Below, in pieces: positions 30,571 to 40,971 of a stretch of DNA of 64,000 bases. Numbering within the stretch: the stretch's first letter is position 1; each line of letters opens with the position of its first letter. The notes beneath the pieces were generated by a model. That model had not been told where the DNA came from and did not search any database. It was given only the letters and a program-made list of their open reading frames with translations. Origin of the DNA: Mycoplasmatota bacterium (GTDB lineage Bacteria; Bacillota_I; Bacilli_A; MAG-NZ); assembly GCA_018394315.1 (NCBI GenBank), contig CP074575.1, forward strand, positions 434,001-498,000, written 5' to 3'. Made by a program: the position numbers and the translations under genes.

Positions 30571-32346
30571 ATGTTTCTACCAATGACAAAACAAGAAATG
30601 ATAAATAGAAATTGGGATAATGCTGATTTTATCTTAATAACGGGGGATGCATATATTGATCATCCTTCATTTGGAGCATCAATTATTTCAAGACTATTAG
30701 AAAGTCATGGATACAAGGTTTGCATCTTAGCTCAGCCAGATTGGAAAGATGTAAATGATTTCAAAAGATTTGGAAAACCAAGACTAGGATTTTTAATTAC
30801 TTCTGGAGTTGTTGAATCGATGGTCAACAACTATACTGTTAATAAAAAGAAGAGAAAAAAAGATGTATACTCACCTCATAATGAGAGTGGGTACAGACCG
30901 GATAGAGCAGTAATTGTTTATTCAAATATGGCAAGACAAGCGTATAAAGATGTTCCAATTATTTTAGGAGGAATTGAAGCAAGTCTTAGGAGATTAGCAC
31001 ATTATGATTACTGGCAAAATAAACTCAGAAGATCAATTCTACTTGATTCAAAAGCTGATTTAATCGTATACGGAATGGGCGAAAGATCAATCATTGAGAT
31101 TGCGGATTCATTAAATAACGGAGTAGCTATTTCGGATATAACATTCGTAAACGGTACAGTTTATAAGACAAAGGATATATCTTATTTTGATTATCTTTTA
31201 TTACCCTCATTTGCTCAATTAAATGAAGATAAACATTACTACGCTAAAAGCTTCAAAATCCAATCAGAAAATACTGATTCTATTAATGCAAGTATTTTAG
31301 TCGAGCCGTACGGCGATTGGTATATAGTCCAAAACACACCTTCCTCACCACTAAATCCGTTTGAACTTGATAAAGTATTTGATTTATCCTATGAAAGTGA
31401 TTATCATCCAATATATGAAGATTCTGGTGGGATAAAAGCAATTCAAGAAGTAAAACATAGTATTATTGCTAATAGAGGATGTTCTGGAGGTTGTAATTTC
31501 TGTGCTCTTACCTATCATCAAGGAAGAACTGTTTCGGCTCGAACAAAATCATCCATATTGAGGGAAGCAAAAAAAATAATCAGTGACAAAGAGTTTAAAG
31601 GCTATATCAATGACGTAGGTGGTCCTACAGCAAACTTCTTTGAAAATATGTGTGATAACCAAAGTAAGTATGGCTCATGTAAGCACAAAAAATGTCTGTC
31701 ACCTAAATGTGATCAGCTAAATGTATCTCACAAAAAATACTTATCAGTTCTTAGAGCTTTAAGGAATTTACCCGAAATTAAAAAAGTCTTTATACGTTCA
31801 GGAATAAGATATGATTATTTACTTCTAGACAATGATAAATCTTTCTTTAAAGAATTGGTGAAATATCATATATCCGGTCAATTAAGAGTTGCACCAGAAC
31901 ACATAAATTCTGAAGTATTAAGAGTTATGGGTAAACCAGAAAAAGTAGTTTATGATGATTTTGTGAATCAATTTAATACCTACAATAAACAATTCAAGAA
32001 AAAACAATACATTGTACCTTATTTGATGAGTTCACATCCAGGAAGTGATTTAAGTAGTGCAATAGAGCTAGCAGAGTATTTACATAAAACTAAACAATAT
32101 CCAGAACAAGTACAAGATTTTTATCCTACACCAAGTACCATGAGTACAGTTATGTTTTATACAGGAGTAAATCCAGTTACTATGGAATCCATTTATATAC
32201 CAAAATCCGACAAGGAAAAGAAAATGCAAAGAGCCTTATTACAATACAAAAACCCCAAAAATAAGAAACTCGTTAAGGAAGCCTTAATTAAGGCTAAACG
32301 AGAAGATTTAATAGGATATGAAAAACATTGCCTAATTAGGCCATAG
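30571..32346 (+). CDS. YgiQ (UPF0313) radical SAM protein
   Basis: GDAYIDHPSFG, GGIEASLRR, CSGGCNFC, QVQDFYPTP. Confidence 0.92.
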   Translation: MFLPMTKQEMINRNWDNADFILITGDAYIDHPSFGASIISRLLESHGYKVCILAQPDWKDVNDFKRFGKPRLGFLITSGVVESMVNNYTVNKKKRKKDVYSPHNESGYRPDRAVIVYSNMARQAYKDVPIILGGIEASLRRLAHYDYWQNKLRRSILLDSKADLIVYGMGERSIIEIADSLNNGVAISDITFVNGTVYKTKDISYFDYLLLPSFAQLNEDKHYYAKSFKIQSENTDSINASILVEPYGDWYIVQNTPSSPLNPFELDKVFDLSYESDYHPIYEDSGGIKAIQEVKHSIIANRGCSGGCNFCALTYHQGRTVSARTKSSILREAKKIISDKEFKGYINDVGGPTANFFENMCDNQSKYGSCKHKKCLSPKCDQLNVSHKKYLSVLRALRNLPEIKKVFIRSGIRYDYLLLDNDKSFFKELVKYHISGQLRVAPEHINSEVLRVMGKPEKVVYDDFVNQFNTYNKQFKKKQYIVPYLMSSHPGSDLSSAIELAEYLHKTKQYPEQVQDFYPTPSTMSTVMFYTGVNPVTMESIYIPKSDKEKKMQRALLQYKNPKNKKLVKEALIKAKREDLIGYEKHCLIRP

Positions 32347-32354
32347 GAGGAAAT

Positions 32355-32822
32355 ATGAATAACAAGTTCAGATTAATTTTTAGAATTATTTCATTATCAT
32401 TTATATTAGTACTACTTCTTTTCGTAATACAATATATTACAGCGTTATATAATATAAATTTATTTCACTTTTCTATATACTTGAGGCTTTTTGAATTTGC
32501 CATATTTCTTTTATTTTTCCTCTTCTTGTCAATTGAAGCATATTCTTTAGGAACCAAAAGGGAGCAAATATTTTCTATAGTATTCTTACTATTTATTGTT
32601 GTTTTAGCATTCTTTCCACAATTTCTTTATTTTCACATAATGTTTCTTATTATATATTCATACTATAGAGTTAACGAAAGCCGACTCGACATACCACTTT
32701 CATACATTACAGTTGGTCACTTTTTCTTAAATATTATTCCATATCCATTCAGTCTAATTGGGCTTATTATCATACTTTATGGTTGGGTAAAGTATTTCAT
32801 ACAATGTAAACATAGATTCTAA
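32355..32822 (+). CDS. Hypothetical integral membrane protein
   Basis: Hydrophobic 155-aa ORF with AGGAGG RBS. Confidence 0.65.
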   Translation: MNNKFRLIFRIISLSFILVLLLFVIQYITALYNINLFHFSIYLRLFEFAIFLLFFLFLSIEAYSLGTKREQIFSIVFLLFIVVLAFFPQFLYFHIMFLIIYSYYRVNESRLDIPLSYITVGHFFLNIIPYPFSLIGLIIILYGWVKYFIQCKHRF

Positions 32823-32828
32823 AAAAGA

Positions 32829-33389
32829 CTACCATCTGGTAGTCTTTTTTTCATCCTTAAATTCTTTTATATCAGAATATTCAATAGCTGTTGGAATATC
32901 GTTTTCTACATTTGTATCAAAGAAATTATCTACAAGTAATTCTTTCCTAACTAAATACATTAGCCCATTAGCAATAACCAATATTCCAATCAAAACAAGT
33001 GAAATATTCGTATTAAGCTTCAAAAACATTTCCATTTCTTTTGGTCTATCCAACCATCTATACAAACCAATTGCAAATGGGATAAATACTAGATATTTAC
33101 CAATTACATCTCTAGAAAAGAGTCTCACCGGAGTAAGCCATCCATTAGTAGCTGTAATTTTTAAATCGAAAAATTTCTTTCCAAGTGAACCCTTCAATAA
33201 ATAACTTATTACTCCATACATAATAAATAAAACAACAATTGTAAGTGGGATAACGACAATTATCTCTAAAAATAAACTATTAAGATCAAACAGGATTACA
33301 CTTAATTTATAAGAAAAAACTATTAATGCTAAAAAAATACCTAGATCAAAAAAATAAGCCCCAATTCTTCTAAATATCAAATTAATCAC
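32829..33389 (-). CDS. RDD family protein
   Basis: [20 protein letters not shown]. Confidence 0.75.
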   Translation of the reverse strand: MINLIFRRIGAYFFDLGIFLALIVFSYKLSVILFDLNSLFLEIIVVIPLTIVVLFIMYGVISYLLKGSLGKKFFDLKITATNGWLTPVRLFSRDVIGKYLVFIPFAIGLYRWLDRPKEMEMFLKLNTNISLVLIGILVIANGLMYLVRKELLVDNFFDTNVENDIPTAIEYSDIKEFKDEKKTTRW

Positions 33390-34362
33390 CCTCTAACACT
33401 CTTTCATACTCTTCTAACAATTCAATTATATCACTAACTGTTGAAATTTCATTCAATTTTCTCTTAAATGTCGAAGCATATCTTAATCCTTTTAAATACC
33501 AAGCAACATGAGAACGCATTTCTAAACACGCTACTTTCTCATCCTTAATATCAACTAATCTGTATAAATGTCTTAATATTATATCTTTTCTAATAGAAAA
33601 CGGAACTTCATTATCTGCAACATTTCCTTCAAGCGCATCAACCACTTCTTTTACTAACCAAGGGTTCCCTAAAGTAGCTCTACCAATCATTACAGCATCG
33701 ACACCTGTTTCAGCAATCATTCTAACAGCATCTTCTCCACTCTTGATATCACCGTTCCCTATAACAGGTATTCTAACAGCCTCTTTAACTTGCCTAATAA
33801 TATCCCAATCTGCAGATCCTGAATACATCTGGGAGCGGGTTCTTCCATGAATCGCAATAGCACTAGCACCTGCTTTTTCAATATTCTTAGCAATTTCTAC
33901 TGCATAAATATGTGACTTGTCCCATCCTGATCTGATTTTGACAGTAACTGGTTTTTCAACACTATCAACCACTGCTTTTACAATTTCATAAATCTTGTCA
34001 GGTTCAAGTAAAAGTTTTGCTCCTGCATCAGACTTCACAACTTTGTTTACTGGACAACCCATATTTATATCTATTATGTCAGCATTTGATTCCTTATCAA
34101 TAATCTTTGCACCTTCGACAATTGATTCTTTGTCTCCACCAAATACTTGCATGCTAATAGGATGTTCAAAATCACTAACATTTAACATTTTAATAGTTTT
34201 CTTATTTCCGTATTGTAGTGCTTTATCAGAAACCATCTCTGCACAAACTAATCCTGCACCAAATTCTTTAACAACCTCTCTAAAGGCAATATTTGTAACT
34301 CCAGCCATTGGAGCTATTACAACTTGATTTTCAATTTTAATATCTCTGATGTACCATTCCAT
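33382..34362 (-). CDS. dusB: tRNA-dihydrouridine synthase B
   Basis: APMAGVT, DINMGCP, HGRT, NGDI, MIGR. Confidence 0.95.
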   Translation of the reverse strand: MEWYIRDIKIENQVVIAPMAGVTNIAFREVVKEFGAGLVCAEMVSDKALQYGNKKTIKMLNVSDFEHPISMQVFGGDKESIVEGAKIIDKESNADIIDINMGCPVNKVVKSDAGAKLLLEPDKIYEIVKAVVDSVEKPVTVKIRSGWDKSHIYAVEIAKNIEKAGASAIAIHGRTRSQMYSGSADWDIIRQVKEAVRIPVIGNGDIKSGEDAVRMIAETGVDAVMIGRATLGNPWLVKEVVDALEGNVADNEVPFSIRKDIILRHLYRLVDIKDEKVACLEMRSHVAWYLKGLRYASTFKRKLNEISTVSDIIELLEEYERVLEGD

Positions 34363-34461
34363 CGAAACACTCACTTTCTGCCTAATTATTTTACCATTTA
34401 TCTACTAAAATTATCAATATGTGATAAAATAAATATTGTCTTAGAAATGAGGAGTTATTTT

Positions 34462-35352
34462 ATGAAAGATTATTTAGTTAAAGGATTTGCTTATAATGGA
34501 ACAGTTAGAATTTTTGCAGCTAGAACTACTAACTTAGTTGCTGAAGCACAAACAAGACATCAAATGTGGCCAACGTCTACTCAAGCACTAGGTAGAGCAC
34601 TAACAGCTACTGTAATTCAAGGATCATTTTATAAAGAGGATCAAACTATTACAGTAAGAATTGATGGTGGTGGACCAATAGGAAAGATTATCACATTTGC
34701 CGACGCTGATGGTCATGTAAGAGGCTACTTAGAGAACACCAAAGTAAATATGATATATGAAAAAGGCCCTAAAAAGGGACAATCAGCAGTTGGTCAAGCA
34801 GTAGGTACTAATGGCTTTATTCATATCACAAAGGATCTTAAAATTAGAGACATGTTCACAGGAAGTGCACCACTACAAACAGGGGAGATAGCTGAAGACT
34901 TTACGTATTTCTTTGCTTTAAGCGAACAAATTCCAAGTTCTGTAGGCTTAGGAGTTGTTGTTGACACTGATAACACTGTAAAAGTAGCAGGAGGATTTAT
35001 CTTACAAATCATGCCTGGATACAAAAAAGAGGATATCAAAAGAATTGAAGAAATTATAAAAAATATGAAACCGATTGGTGTTCTACTTGAAGAAGGTAAA
35101 ACTCCTGAGGATATTATTGATATACTATCTGACGGAGAATGGCAAAGACTTCTTGATTTAGACTTGTATTATCAATGTGACTGTTCAAAAGAGAAATTTG
35201 AAAGAGGATTATTAACTCTTCCAATGGAAGACTTAGAAGAAATATTAAAAGATGAAATAACAGAAACAAATTGCCAGTTTTGCCAAGAAAAGTATCATTT
35301 TACTCAAGATGATATCGAAAGATTGATAAAGGAGAAAGAGAATGCTGAATAA
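34462..35352 (+). CDS. hslO: Hsp33 redox chaperone
   Basis: GEIAED, SEQIPS, AGGFILQ, CDC...CQFC; start 34462 after GAGGAG. Confidence 0.95.
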   Translation: MKDYLVKGFAYNGTVRIFAARTTNLVAEAQTRHQMWPTSTQALGRALTATVIQGSFYKEDQTITVRIDGGGPIGKIITFADADGHVRGYLENTKVNMIYEKGPKKGQSAVGQAVGTNGFIHITKDLKIRDMFTGSAPLQTGEIAEDFTYFFALSEQIPSSVGLGVVVDTDNTVKVAGGFILQIMPGYKKEDIKRIEEIIKNMKPIGVLLEEGKTPEDIIDILSDGEWQRLLDLDLYYQCDCSKEKFERGLLTLPMEDLEEILKDEITETNCQFCQEKYHFTQDDIERLIKEKENAE

Positions 35353-36361
35353 AGATTATATTTTGGGTTTTGCGAAAGAAATTCTTAGTATACCATCACC
35401 AAGTGGGTTTTGCGGTAAAGTCATAGAGCGTATAAGGAAAGAAGCTGAAAACTACGATCTTTCTTTTGAAAAAACTCAAAAAGGTAATGGAGTAATTACG
35501 ATAAAGGGTCAAGATGACTATGTAATCGGTCTTAGTGCTCATGTGGATACTTTAGGGGCTATGGTTAGAAGTATCTCTACAACAACATTGAAATTCACAT
35601 CAATCGGAGGTCCAGTTTGGCCTACAATGGATGGTGAATACTGTAAAGTCCATACTAGAGACGGTAGAGAATATACCGGCACAATTTTATCTACATCTCC
35701 TGCTGTTCATGTTTATAAAGATTCTGGTACTAAGGAAAGAAAGCCAGAAACAATGGAAGTTAGATTAGATGAAGTAGTTAAATCAAAAGAAGATATTGAA
35801 AAGTTAGGAATTGAAGTAGGAAATTTTATTTCTATCGATCCAAAAACAACAGTAACAAAGTCAGGATTTATAAAATCAAGATTTCTTGATGACAAAATAA
35901 ATGTTGCAAGTTTATTTGGATATATCGATTACTTACATAGAAATAAAATCACTCCAAAACATACAATTAAAATCGTAATCTCAACTTATGAAGAAGTCGG
36001 ACATGGATCATCATGGATCCCAGAAGATATATCAGAATATATAGCGGTTGATATGGGATGTATAGGTAGTGATTTAAGTTGTACAGAATATGATGTAAGT
36101 ATTTGTGCGAAAGACTCAAGTGGTCCATACGATTATGAAATGACATCTAAATTAGTCAAGCTAGCGAAAGAAAGTAATCTTCAACATGCAGTTGACATTT
36201 ATCCATTCTATGGTTCTGATGTTTCAGCTGCTTTACGAGGAGGAAACAACATTAAGGGAGCTTTAATTGGACCTGGTGTTCATGCTTCACATGGTATGGA
36301 AAGAACTCATTACCAAGCAATAGAAAATACTGTTAAATTACTAATTGAATATACAAAATAA
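35342..36361 (+). CDS. M42 family metallopeptidase
   Basis: AHVDTLG, SRFLDDK, YEEVGHG, VDMG, ASHGMER. Confidence 0.92.
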   Translation: MLNKDYILGFAKEILSIPSPSGFCGKVIERIRKEAENYDLSFEKTQKGNGVITIKGQDDYVIGLSAHVDTLGAMVRSISTTTLKFTSIGGPVWPTMDGEYCKVHTRDGREYTGTILSTSPAVHVYKDSGTKERKPETMEVRLDEVVKSKEDIEKLGIEVGNFISIDPKTTVTKSGFIKSRFLDDKINVASLFGYIDYLHRNKITPKHTIKIVISTYEEVGHGSSWIPEDISEYIAVDMGCIGSDLSCTEYDVSICAKDSSGPYDYEMTSKLVKLAKESNLQHAVDIYPFYGSDVSAALRGGNNIKGALIGPGVHASHGMERTHYQAIENTVKLLIEYTK

Positions 36362-36409
36362 AATTCCTAAATATGTACTGACCCCTATTATCCGGAATAA
36401 ATTTTAAAA

Positions 36410-37231
36410 TTAAATATTTGCTAATTGATGGTACTTGTACTCAACAGGTGCCATTTTTAGTTTTGTTACGATTCTTTTGTTATTATAATAATTTATATAT
36501 TTATCTAATCCTAACTTGAATTCTTCTATGGACTTAAACTGATTAATATGAAAAAATTCTGCTTTCAGTTGTGAGAAAAAGTTTTCTGCTTTTGCATTAT
36601 CAAAACAATTACCTTTTCTAGACATGCTTTGCTTTATTCCTTTATATCCTAAAAAATTTTGATACCTGTTATTCTGATATTGAAATCCTTGATCTGTGTG
36701 TATTGTTAAATTATCATATTGTTTCTTAGTTAATCCTTTTTCCATCATTTCCATGACAAAAGATACACTTGGTGATGTGCTAACTGAATAACTTACCACT
36801 TCAGAAGTGTTTAAGTCAATTAGTGGTGATAAATATATTTTCTTATTACACACTCTAAACTCAGTTACATCTGTAACCATTTTTTCTTCAGGTTTATGAG
36901 AAGTAAAATCTCTATCAAGTATATTAGGAGCTATTACACCTTCTTTACCCTTATATGATCTATATTTCTTAACTCTTATTTTAGCTCTAAGACCCAATAC
37001 TTTCATTAGTCTCTGTACTCTTTTGTGATTAATATTGCCATAAGTTTCAATTACATCTATATCTTTATTTAAAGCTATAGTTAATCTTCTATAACCGTAT
37101 CTACCTAAATTTTCATTATAAACAGCTATAATCTTGTCCTTTAAAAACTTATCATTATCTACTCTATCGAAACGTTTAACCCCATCGTAGTAAGTTGATT
37201 TAGCCAATTCTGCTATTTCAAGAAGCGGCAA
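36410..37231 (-). CDS. IS3 transposase OrfB (DDE integrase core); frame stays open upstream into the end of orfA
   Basis: YGYRR, TDVTE, HTDQGFQY, SRKGNCFDNAKAENFF. Confidence 0.92.
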   Translation of the reverse strand: MPLLEIAELAKSTYYDGVKRFDRVDNDKFLKDKIIAVYNENLGRYGYRRLTIALNKDIDVIETYGNINHKRVQRLMKVLGLRAKIRVKKYRSYKGKEGVIAPNILDRDFTSHKPEEKMVTDVTEFRVCNKKIYLSPLIDLNTSEVVSYSVSTSPSVSFVMEMMEKGLTKKQYDNLTIHTDQGFQYQNNRYQNFLGYKGIKQSMSRKGNCFDNAKAENFFSQLKAEFFHINQFKSIEEFKLGLDKYINYYNNKRIVTKLKMAPVEYKYHQLANI

Positions 37232-37266
37232 TATTTTAAACTCATAATCTTGCCTTAGTTCATATA

Positions 37267-37746
37267 CTATTTTGATTTTTTCTTCAATTCTCGCTCTTCC
37301 CGTTCTTGAACCAAGGCGTCCAGCTTTTTTAAGTAAAGATTCTCCATCCTAAGATACTGAACTTCATCTAATAAGTCTTTATCCTTGTTCACATCTTTTT
37401 TTGGTCCTAGGTCTTTAGGCTTTCTACCTCTTCCATCATAAGCTAATCCTTCAACGCCATATTCTCTAAACAATCGTTCCCAATTATGAATTACTCCACA
37501 ATTTATATCAAACTTCAATTCAGTTTGACTTATTCCATTCTTCCAATAGTAAGTTAAGATATCCAGTTTTTCATGTTGAGTATATGTCTTATTTTTCTTT
37601 CTCATAAATCCTACAGTCTCACTTTTCCGTTTCCATCTATGAAGAGTAGGCCCATGGACATTAAACTTTTTCACTGTTGCAGCTTGGCCATACTGTTCAT
37701 AGTAATTCAAAATTTTTCTCTTAAATTGTACACTATATTTTGCCAT
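37267..37746 (-). CDS. IS3 transposase OrfA (double HTH)
   Basis: KYSVQFK, WERLFREYGVEGL, LRMENLYLKKL. Confidence 0.9.
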   Translation of the reverse strand: MAKYSVQFKRKILNYYEQYGQAATVKKFNVHGPTLHRWKRKSETVGFMRKKNKTYTQHEKLDILTYYWKNGISQTELKFDINCGVIHNWERLFREYGVEGLAYDGRGRKPKDLGPKKDVNKDKDLLDEVQYLRMENLYLKKLDALVQEREERELKKKSK

Positions 37747-37794
37747 TTAAAAACACCCCTGATCCATTTCCGGATTTTGGGGTGCATTACAATA

Positions 37795-38109
37795 TTAGGA
37801 ATTTTTATTATAGATAACTACTTCAGCATCAGCTTGCATTGGATAGGATTCTCTTATCTCTCCAGTAGATTTAATTTTCACATAATTGCCTACTTTAAAT
37901 TCAGTTGATACATCATCTAAGAAAATAGTATCCTCATCGATAGAAATCCAAACAAGGCCTTTAACCTCGCCTTCTGAATCTACTAAAATCGATTCTTCTT
38001 TTACTTCCTCAACTAGACCCTCAATGTCTTCTTCATAATTTTGGTCTTTATCTTTCAAACATCCAGTCAACCCGATAATTAAAGTTATTAACAAAGCAAA
38101 CTTCTTCAT
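37795..38109 (-). CDS. OB-fold lipoprotein (DUF3221/YobA-like)
   Basis: LTGC lipobox; GEIRESYPMQADA motif. Confidence 0.75.
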   Translation of the reverse strand: MKKFALLITLIIGLTGCLKDKDQNYEEDIEGLVEEVKEESILVDSEGEVKGLVWISIDEDTIFLDDVSTEFKVGNYVKIKSTGEIRESYPMQADAEVVIYNKNS

Positions 38110-38124
38110 AAACACCTCCTAAGT

Positions 38125-39108
38125 TTATCTCTTCCTAGATCTTCTGATAGCATCTCTTTTTCTATTGTATTCACTTATTTTTATGTTTTTCAAATAATTT
38201 TTAAATCTCTCTTCTGTGATTTTTCCTTCTTTCAAGGCCTCCTGTACTGCACACATAGGTTCATGTTTATGTGTACAATTATTAAATTTGCATTTACTGG
38301 CATACATAGCAATATCCTTATAGTGCACATCTAGATCATCTACTGTAAAAACATTTATTGTTCTGATACCTGGAGTATCTATTATCGCTGCATCCAAATC
38401 TGTTAGATAAAAAAGTTGTCTGTTCACCGTAGTGTGTCGACCTTGTGAGTCAGACTCTCTAATAGTATTAGTCTTAAGCTCATCTTTACCAGTAATTTTA
38501 TTTACTAGAGTGGATTTACCAACACCAGAAGCTCCTAAGAAAACACTTGTATTATTTTTAATTAATTGTTTCACTAAATTTATATCTTCTTTGAAATAAA
38601 CTGAAATAGGATAAATCTCTAAATCATCAATTTCCTTTACTGAATCAATCTTTTTATCGATATTATCACATAAATCGCTCTTAGTAAGCAGGACAACCGG
38701 TTTAGCATTACTTGAGTATACTAAAGCTAACAGTTCGTTTATTTTTTTAATATTAAAATCAATATTTAAAGATACACATATAAATACAATATCGACATTT
38801 ACAGCCATCACTTGTCTATTGCTAGTTCCACCCACATCAGATCTTGAAAGTTCAGAGTAACGTGAACAAACTTTATGAATAATTCCATATTCTCCTTCCA
38901 TCTTAAAAATCACATAATCTCCAACTGCAGGATAATCAGCTGTGCCGAAGACAGTATAGCTGAATCTCCCTGAAACTTTTACTTTAACTTCTTTCCCAGA
39001 ATATAAACAATCGTACATTTCTCTATGAACATTAGTTATTCTTCCTAATAACATATCTTCTTTATACGGTTCATACTCTCTTAAAATTTCATTTCTTAAT
39101 TCAATCAA
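38125..39108 (-). CDS. rsgA: Ribosome small subunit-dependent GTPase A
   Basis: PAVGD, TKSD, GASGVGKS, GRHTT, DTPG, CKFNNCTHKHEPMC. Confidence 0.92.
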   Translation of the reverse strand: MIELRNEILREYEPYKEDMLLGRITNVHREMYDCLYSGKEVKVKVSGRFSYTVFGTADYPAVGDYVIFKMEGEYGIIHKVCSRYSELSRSDVGGTSNRQVMAVNVDIVFICVSLNIDFNIKKINELLALVYSSNAKPVVLLTKSDLCDNIDKKIDSVKEIDDLEIYPISVYFKEDINLVKQLIKNNTSVFLGASGVGKSTLVNKITGKDELKTNTIRESDSQGRHTTVNRQLFYLTDLDAAIIDTPGIRTINVFTVDDLDVHYKDIAMYASKCKFNNCTHKHEPMCAVQEALKEGKITEERFKNYLKNIKISEYNRKRDAIRRSRKR

Positions 39109-39132
39109 TTCTTCCTTCTTTCTTTACACGAG

Positions 39133-39279
39133 AAAACAAAAAGGAGCCCCATCGAACTCCTAAAAATAGAATATTCACGTGAAGGTATTTTTGATCTATT
39201 TTATATTTTCACCTTTTACATTTTTCATAGTATCTACCTCCTATCGACTAATTCTATCAAATTATAGGTGCTTTGACAA
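39133..39279 (-). promoter_or_regulatory. Leader-peptide transcriptional attenuator upstream of rsgA
   Basis: TTGTCA-N17-TAGAAT promoter; AGGAGGT RBS; uORF 39228-39196; terminator AGGAGTTC-GATG-GGGCTCCT-TTTTGTTTT. Confidence 0.7.
39196..39228 (-). CDS. Putative leader peptide MKNVKGENIK
   Basis: Perfect AGGAGGT RBS 7 nt upstream; lies between promoter and terminator. Confidence 0.6.
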   Translation of the reverse strand: MKNVKGENIK

Positions 39280-39395
39280 CTATTAATTCCTTTTTAACAA
39301 AATTATGCTCTAAGTAAAATTCTATTAATAGTATGCTTTTATAAACCGATTGTGATATAATAAAAAAAAAATCCAAGAAATGGCAGGCGAATTCT

Positions 39396-40901
39396 ATGAG
39401 AAAATTAATGCAAGTTAAGAGTATATCAATTTTAATTGCTGTTTTTTTATTAACACTAACTTCTTGTTCTAAATCAGCTATAGATAACACCGTTAATAAG
39501 ACTGATGTGGAACAAAATCAAGTATTAGAAGAACCAGTTTATGATACTACTCAAGAAGAGTCAGATACTGATTCTACTTTAGAAGAAACAGATACTGATT
39601 CTACTTTGGAAGATGAATCAAATTCTGATTCTAGTATAGAAGAAGACTCGGATACTAATTCTGGAGTAGCAGAAGATTTTGGTCCTGATTCCTTATCAGT
39701 ATTTACTGAACTTCAAAATAAAATAGACCAAGATAGAGCCATGAGTGTTATTCAGTATCTAACTGATGTAAGTCCAAGAATAGCAGGTCTTGATGGTGAA
39801 AAGGCTGCAGGTGAATATATTCTAGGAGAATTTAATAAACTTGGCTTTGCATCGAACCTTGAAGAATTTCCTGTGAAATATTTCAAAGCTAACGAGTGTA
39901 ATTTAAAGATTAATGATGGCAATGATACATTTGAACTAGATTCCAATTGCTTTTCTTTTTCATCCTCTACTCCTGATGGTGGGCTTAAAAGAATACCTCT
40001 TATTTATGGATCTTTTGGTACAAGTTCTGATGTAAAAGATATTAATATGGAAGGAAAAATTGCAGTAGTTAAAAGAGGAGAAATTACCTTTAGAGATAAA
40101 GTTATTAAATGTGCAAATAGAGGAGCAATAGGTGTTATAGTTATCAATGCAGTAGATGCTCCCCTTAATTCAACCTTACTTGATGAATCACCAATTCCTG
40201 CGGTTTCTGTTAGCCTTTCGGAAGGAACGAAAATAATGGATATTATTAATAATGAGGATGCAAGTGCAGATCTATTAGTTGATACAGTCATAAAAGATAG
40301 TGTTTCTAACAATATCATAGGAATAAAGAGCAGTGATGAAGAGGATGCAAAAACTTTAATAATTGGTGCACATTACGATAGTGTAGACTGTCCTGGTGCC
40401 AACGATAATGCATCTGGAGTTGCAGGATTAATGGAATTAGCTAATATCCTCAAAGACCACACTTTACCTTTTAATGTCCATTTTATGACATTTGGTTCAG
40501 AGGAAATAGGATTAATCGGCTCGGACTTTACTGTTAACAACAATACTTTGATACAAGAAAATAAGGACAATATAATAGGTATGATAAATTTGGACATGAT
40601 TGGTAAGGGGAGACAATTTACAATATTAAAAGCAAAAACATATACTGATGATACAATTTATAATCTAGCTTCTACTGCTGCTAAAGAGCTTAATATCACT
40701 TCATATTCCGACTATTCTGAAAATAGCGATCACTCTTCCTTTGAATCAAAGGGAATTCCTGTAGTATTTCTAACCTACCGTCCATATGATCCTATTTATT
40801 ATCATACAAAAATGGACACTATCGATACTATTGATTCCACATTAATTGAGAATACATTAGAAGTAGTTTTGAAAATGATAACAAAAATAGCCAATAAATA
40901 G
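39396..40901 (+). CDS. M28 aminopeptidase lipoprotein with PA domain (copy 1)
   Basis: LTSC lipobox; AHYDS, GANDNASG, SEEIG, NLDM, SDH, YH. Confidence 0.9.
   Translation: MRKLMQVKSISILIAVFLLTLTSCSKSAIDNTVNKTDVEQNQVLEEPVYDTTQEESDTDSTLEETDTDSTLEDESNSDSSIEEDSDTNSGVAEDFGPDSLSVFTELQNKIDQDRAMSVIQYLTDVSPRIAGLDGEKAAGEYILGEFNKLGFASNLEEFPVKYFKANECNLKINDGNDTFELDSNCFSFSSSTPDGGLKRIPLIYGSFGTSSDVKDINMEGKIAVVKRGEITFRDKVIKCANRGAIGVIVINAVDAPLNSTLLDESPIPAVSVSLSEGTKIMDIINNEDASADLLVDTVIKDSVSNNIIGIKSSDEEDAKTLIIGAHYDSVDCPGANDNASGVAGLMELANILKDHTLPFNVHFMTFGSEEIGLIGSDFTVNNNTLIQENKDNIIGMINLDMIGKGRQFTILKAKTYTDDTIYNLASTAAKELNITSYSDYSENSDHSSFESKGIPVVFLTYRPYDPIYYHTKMDTIDTIDSTLIENTLEVVLKMITKIANK
39555..39671 (+). repeat. 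About four imperfect 27-33-bp tandem repeats encoding an acidic linker
   Basis: GAAGAGTCAGATACTGATTCTACTTTA / GAAGAAACAGATACTGATTCTACTTTG etc. (EESDTDSTL, EETDTDSTL). Confidence 0.8.
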
Positions 40902-40971
40902 TATTTTAATAGTGTTTATTCTTTATGTAATACATATCAGAAAAGAAACCCATATAAGGAAGGAGACTCCA

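Larger units (their letters stand above)
36374..37791 (-). mobile_element. Complete IS3-family (IS150-like) insertion sequence
   Basis: Imperfect terminal IRs TGTACTGACCCCTATTATCCGGAA / TGTAATGCACCCCAAAATCCGGAA; 3-bp target duplication ATA (36371-36373, 37792-37794); orfA plus orfB. Confidence 0.93.

Noticed and set aside
39257..39490. 77-aa minus-strand ORF
   Set aside because: Overlaps the M28 gene start and the rsgA promoter; no recognisable motif
39555..39671. Repeats as a possible CRISPR array
   Set aside because: In-frame coding repeats without unique spacers; no cas genes
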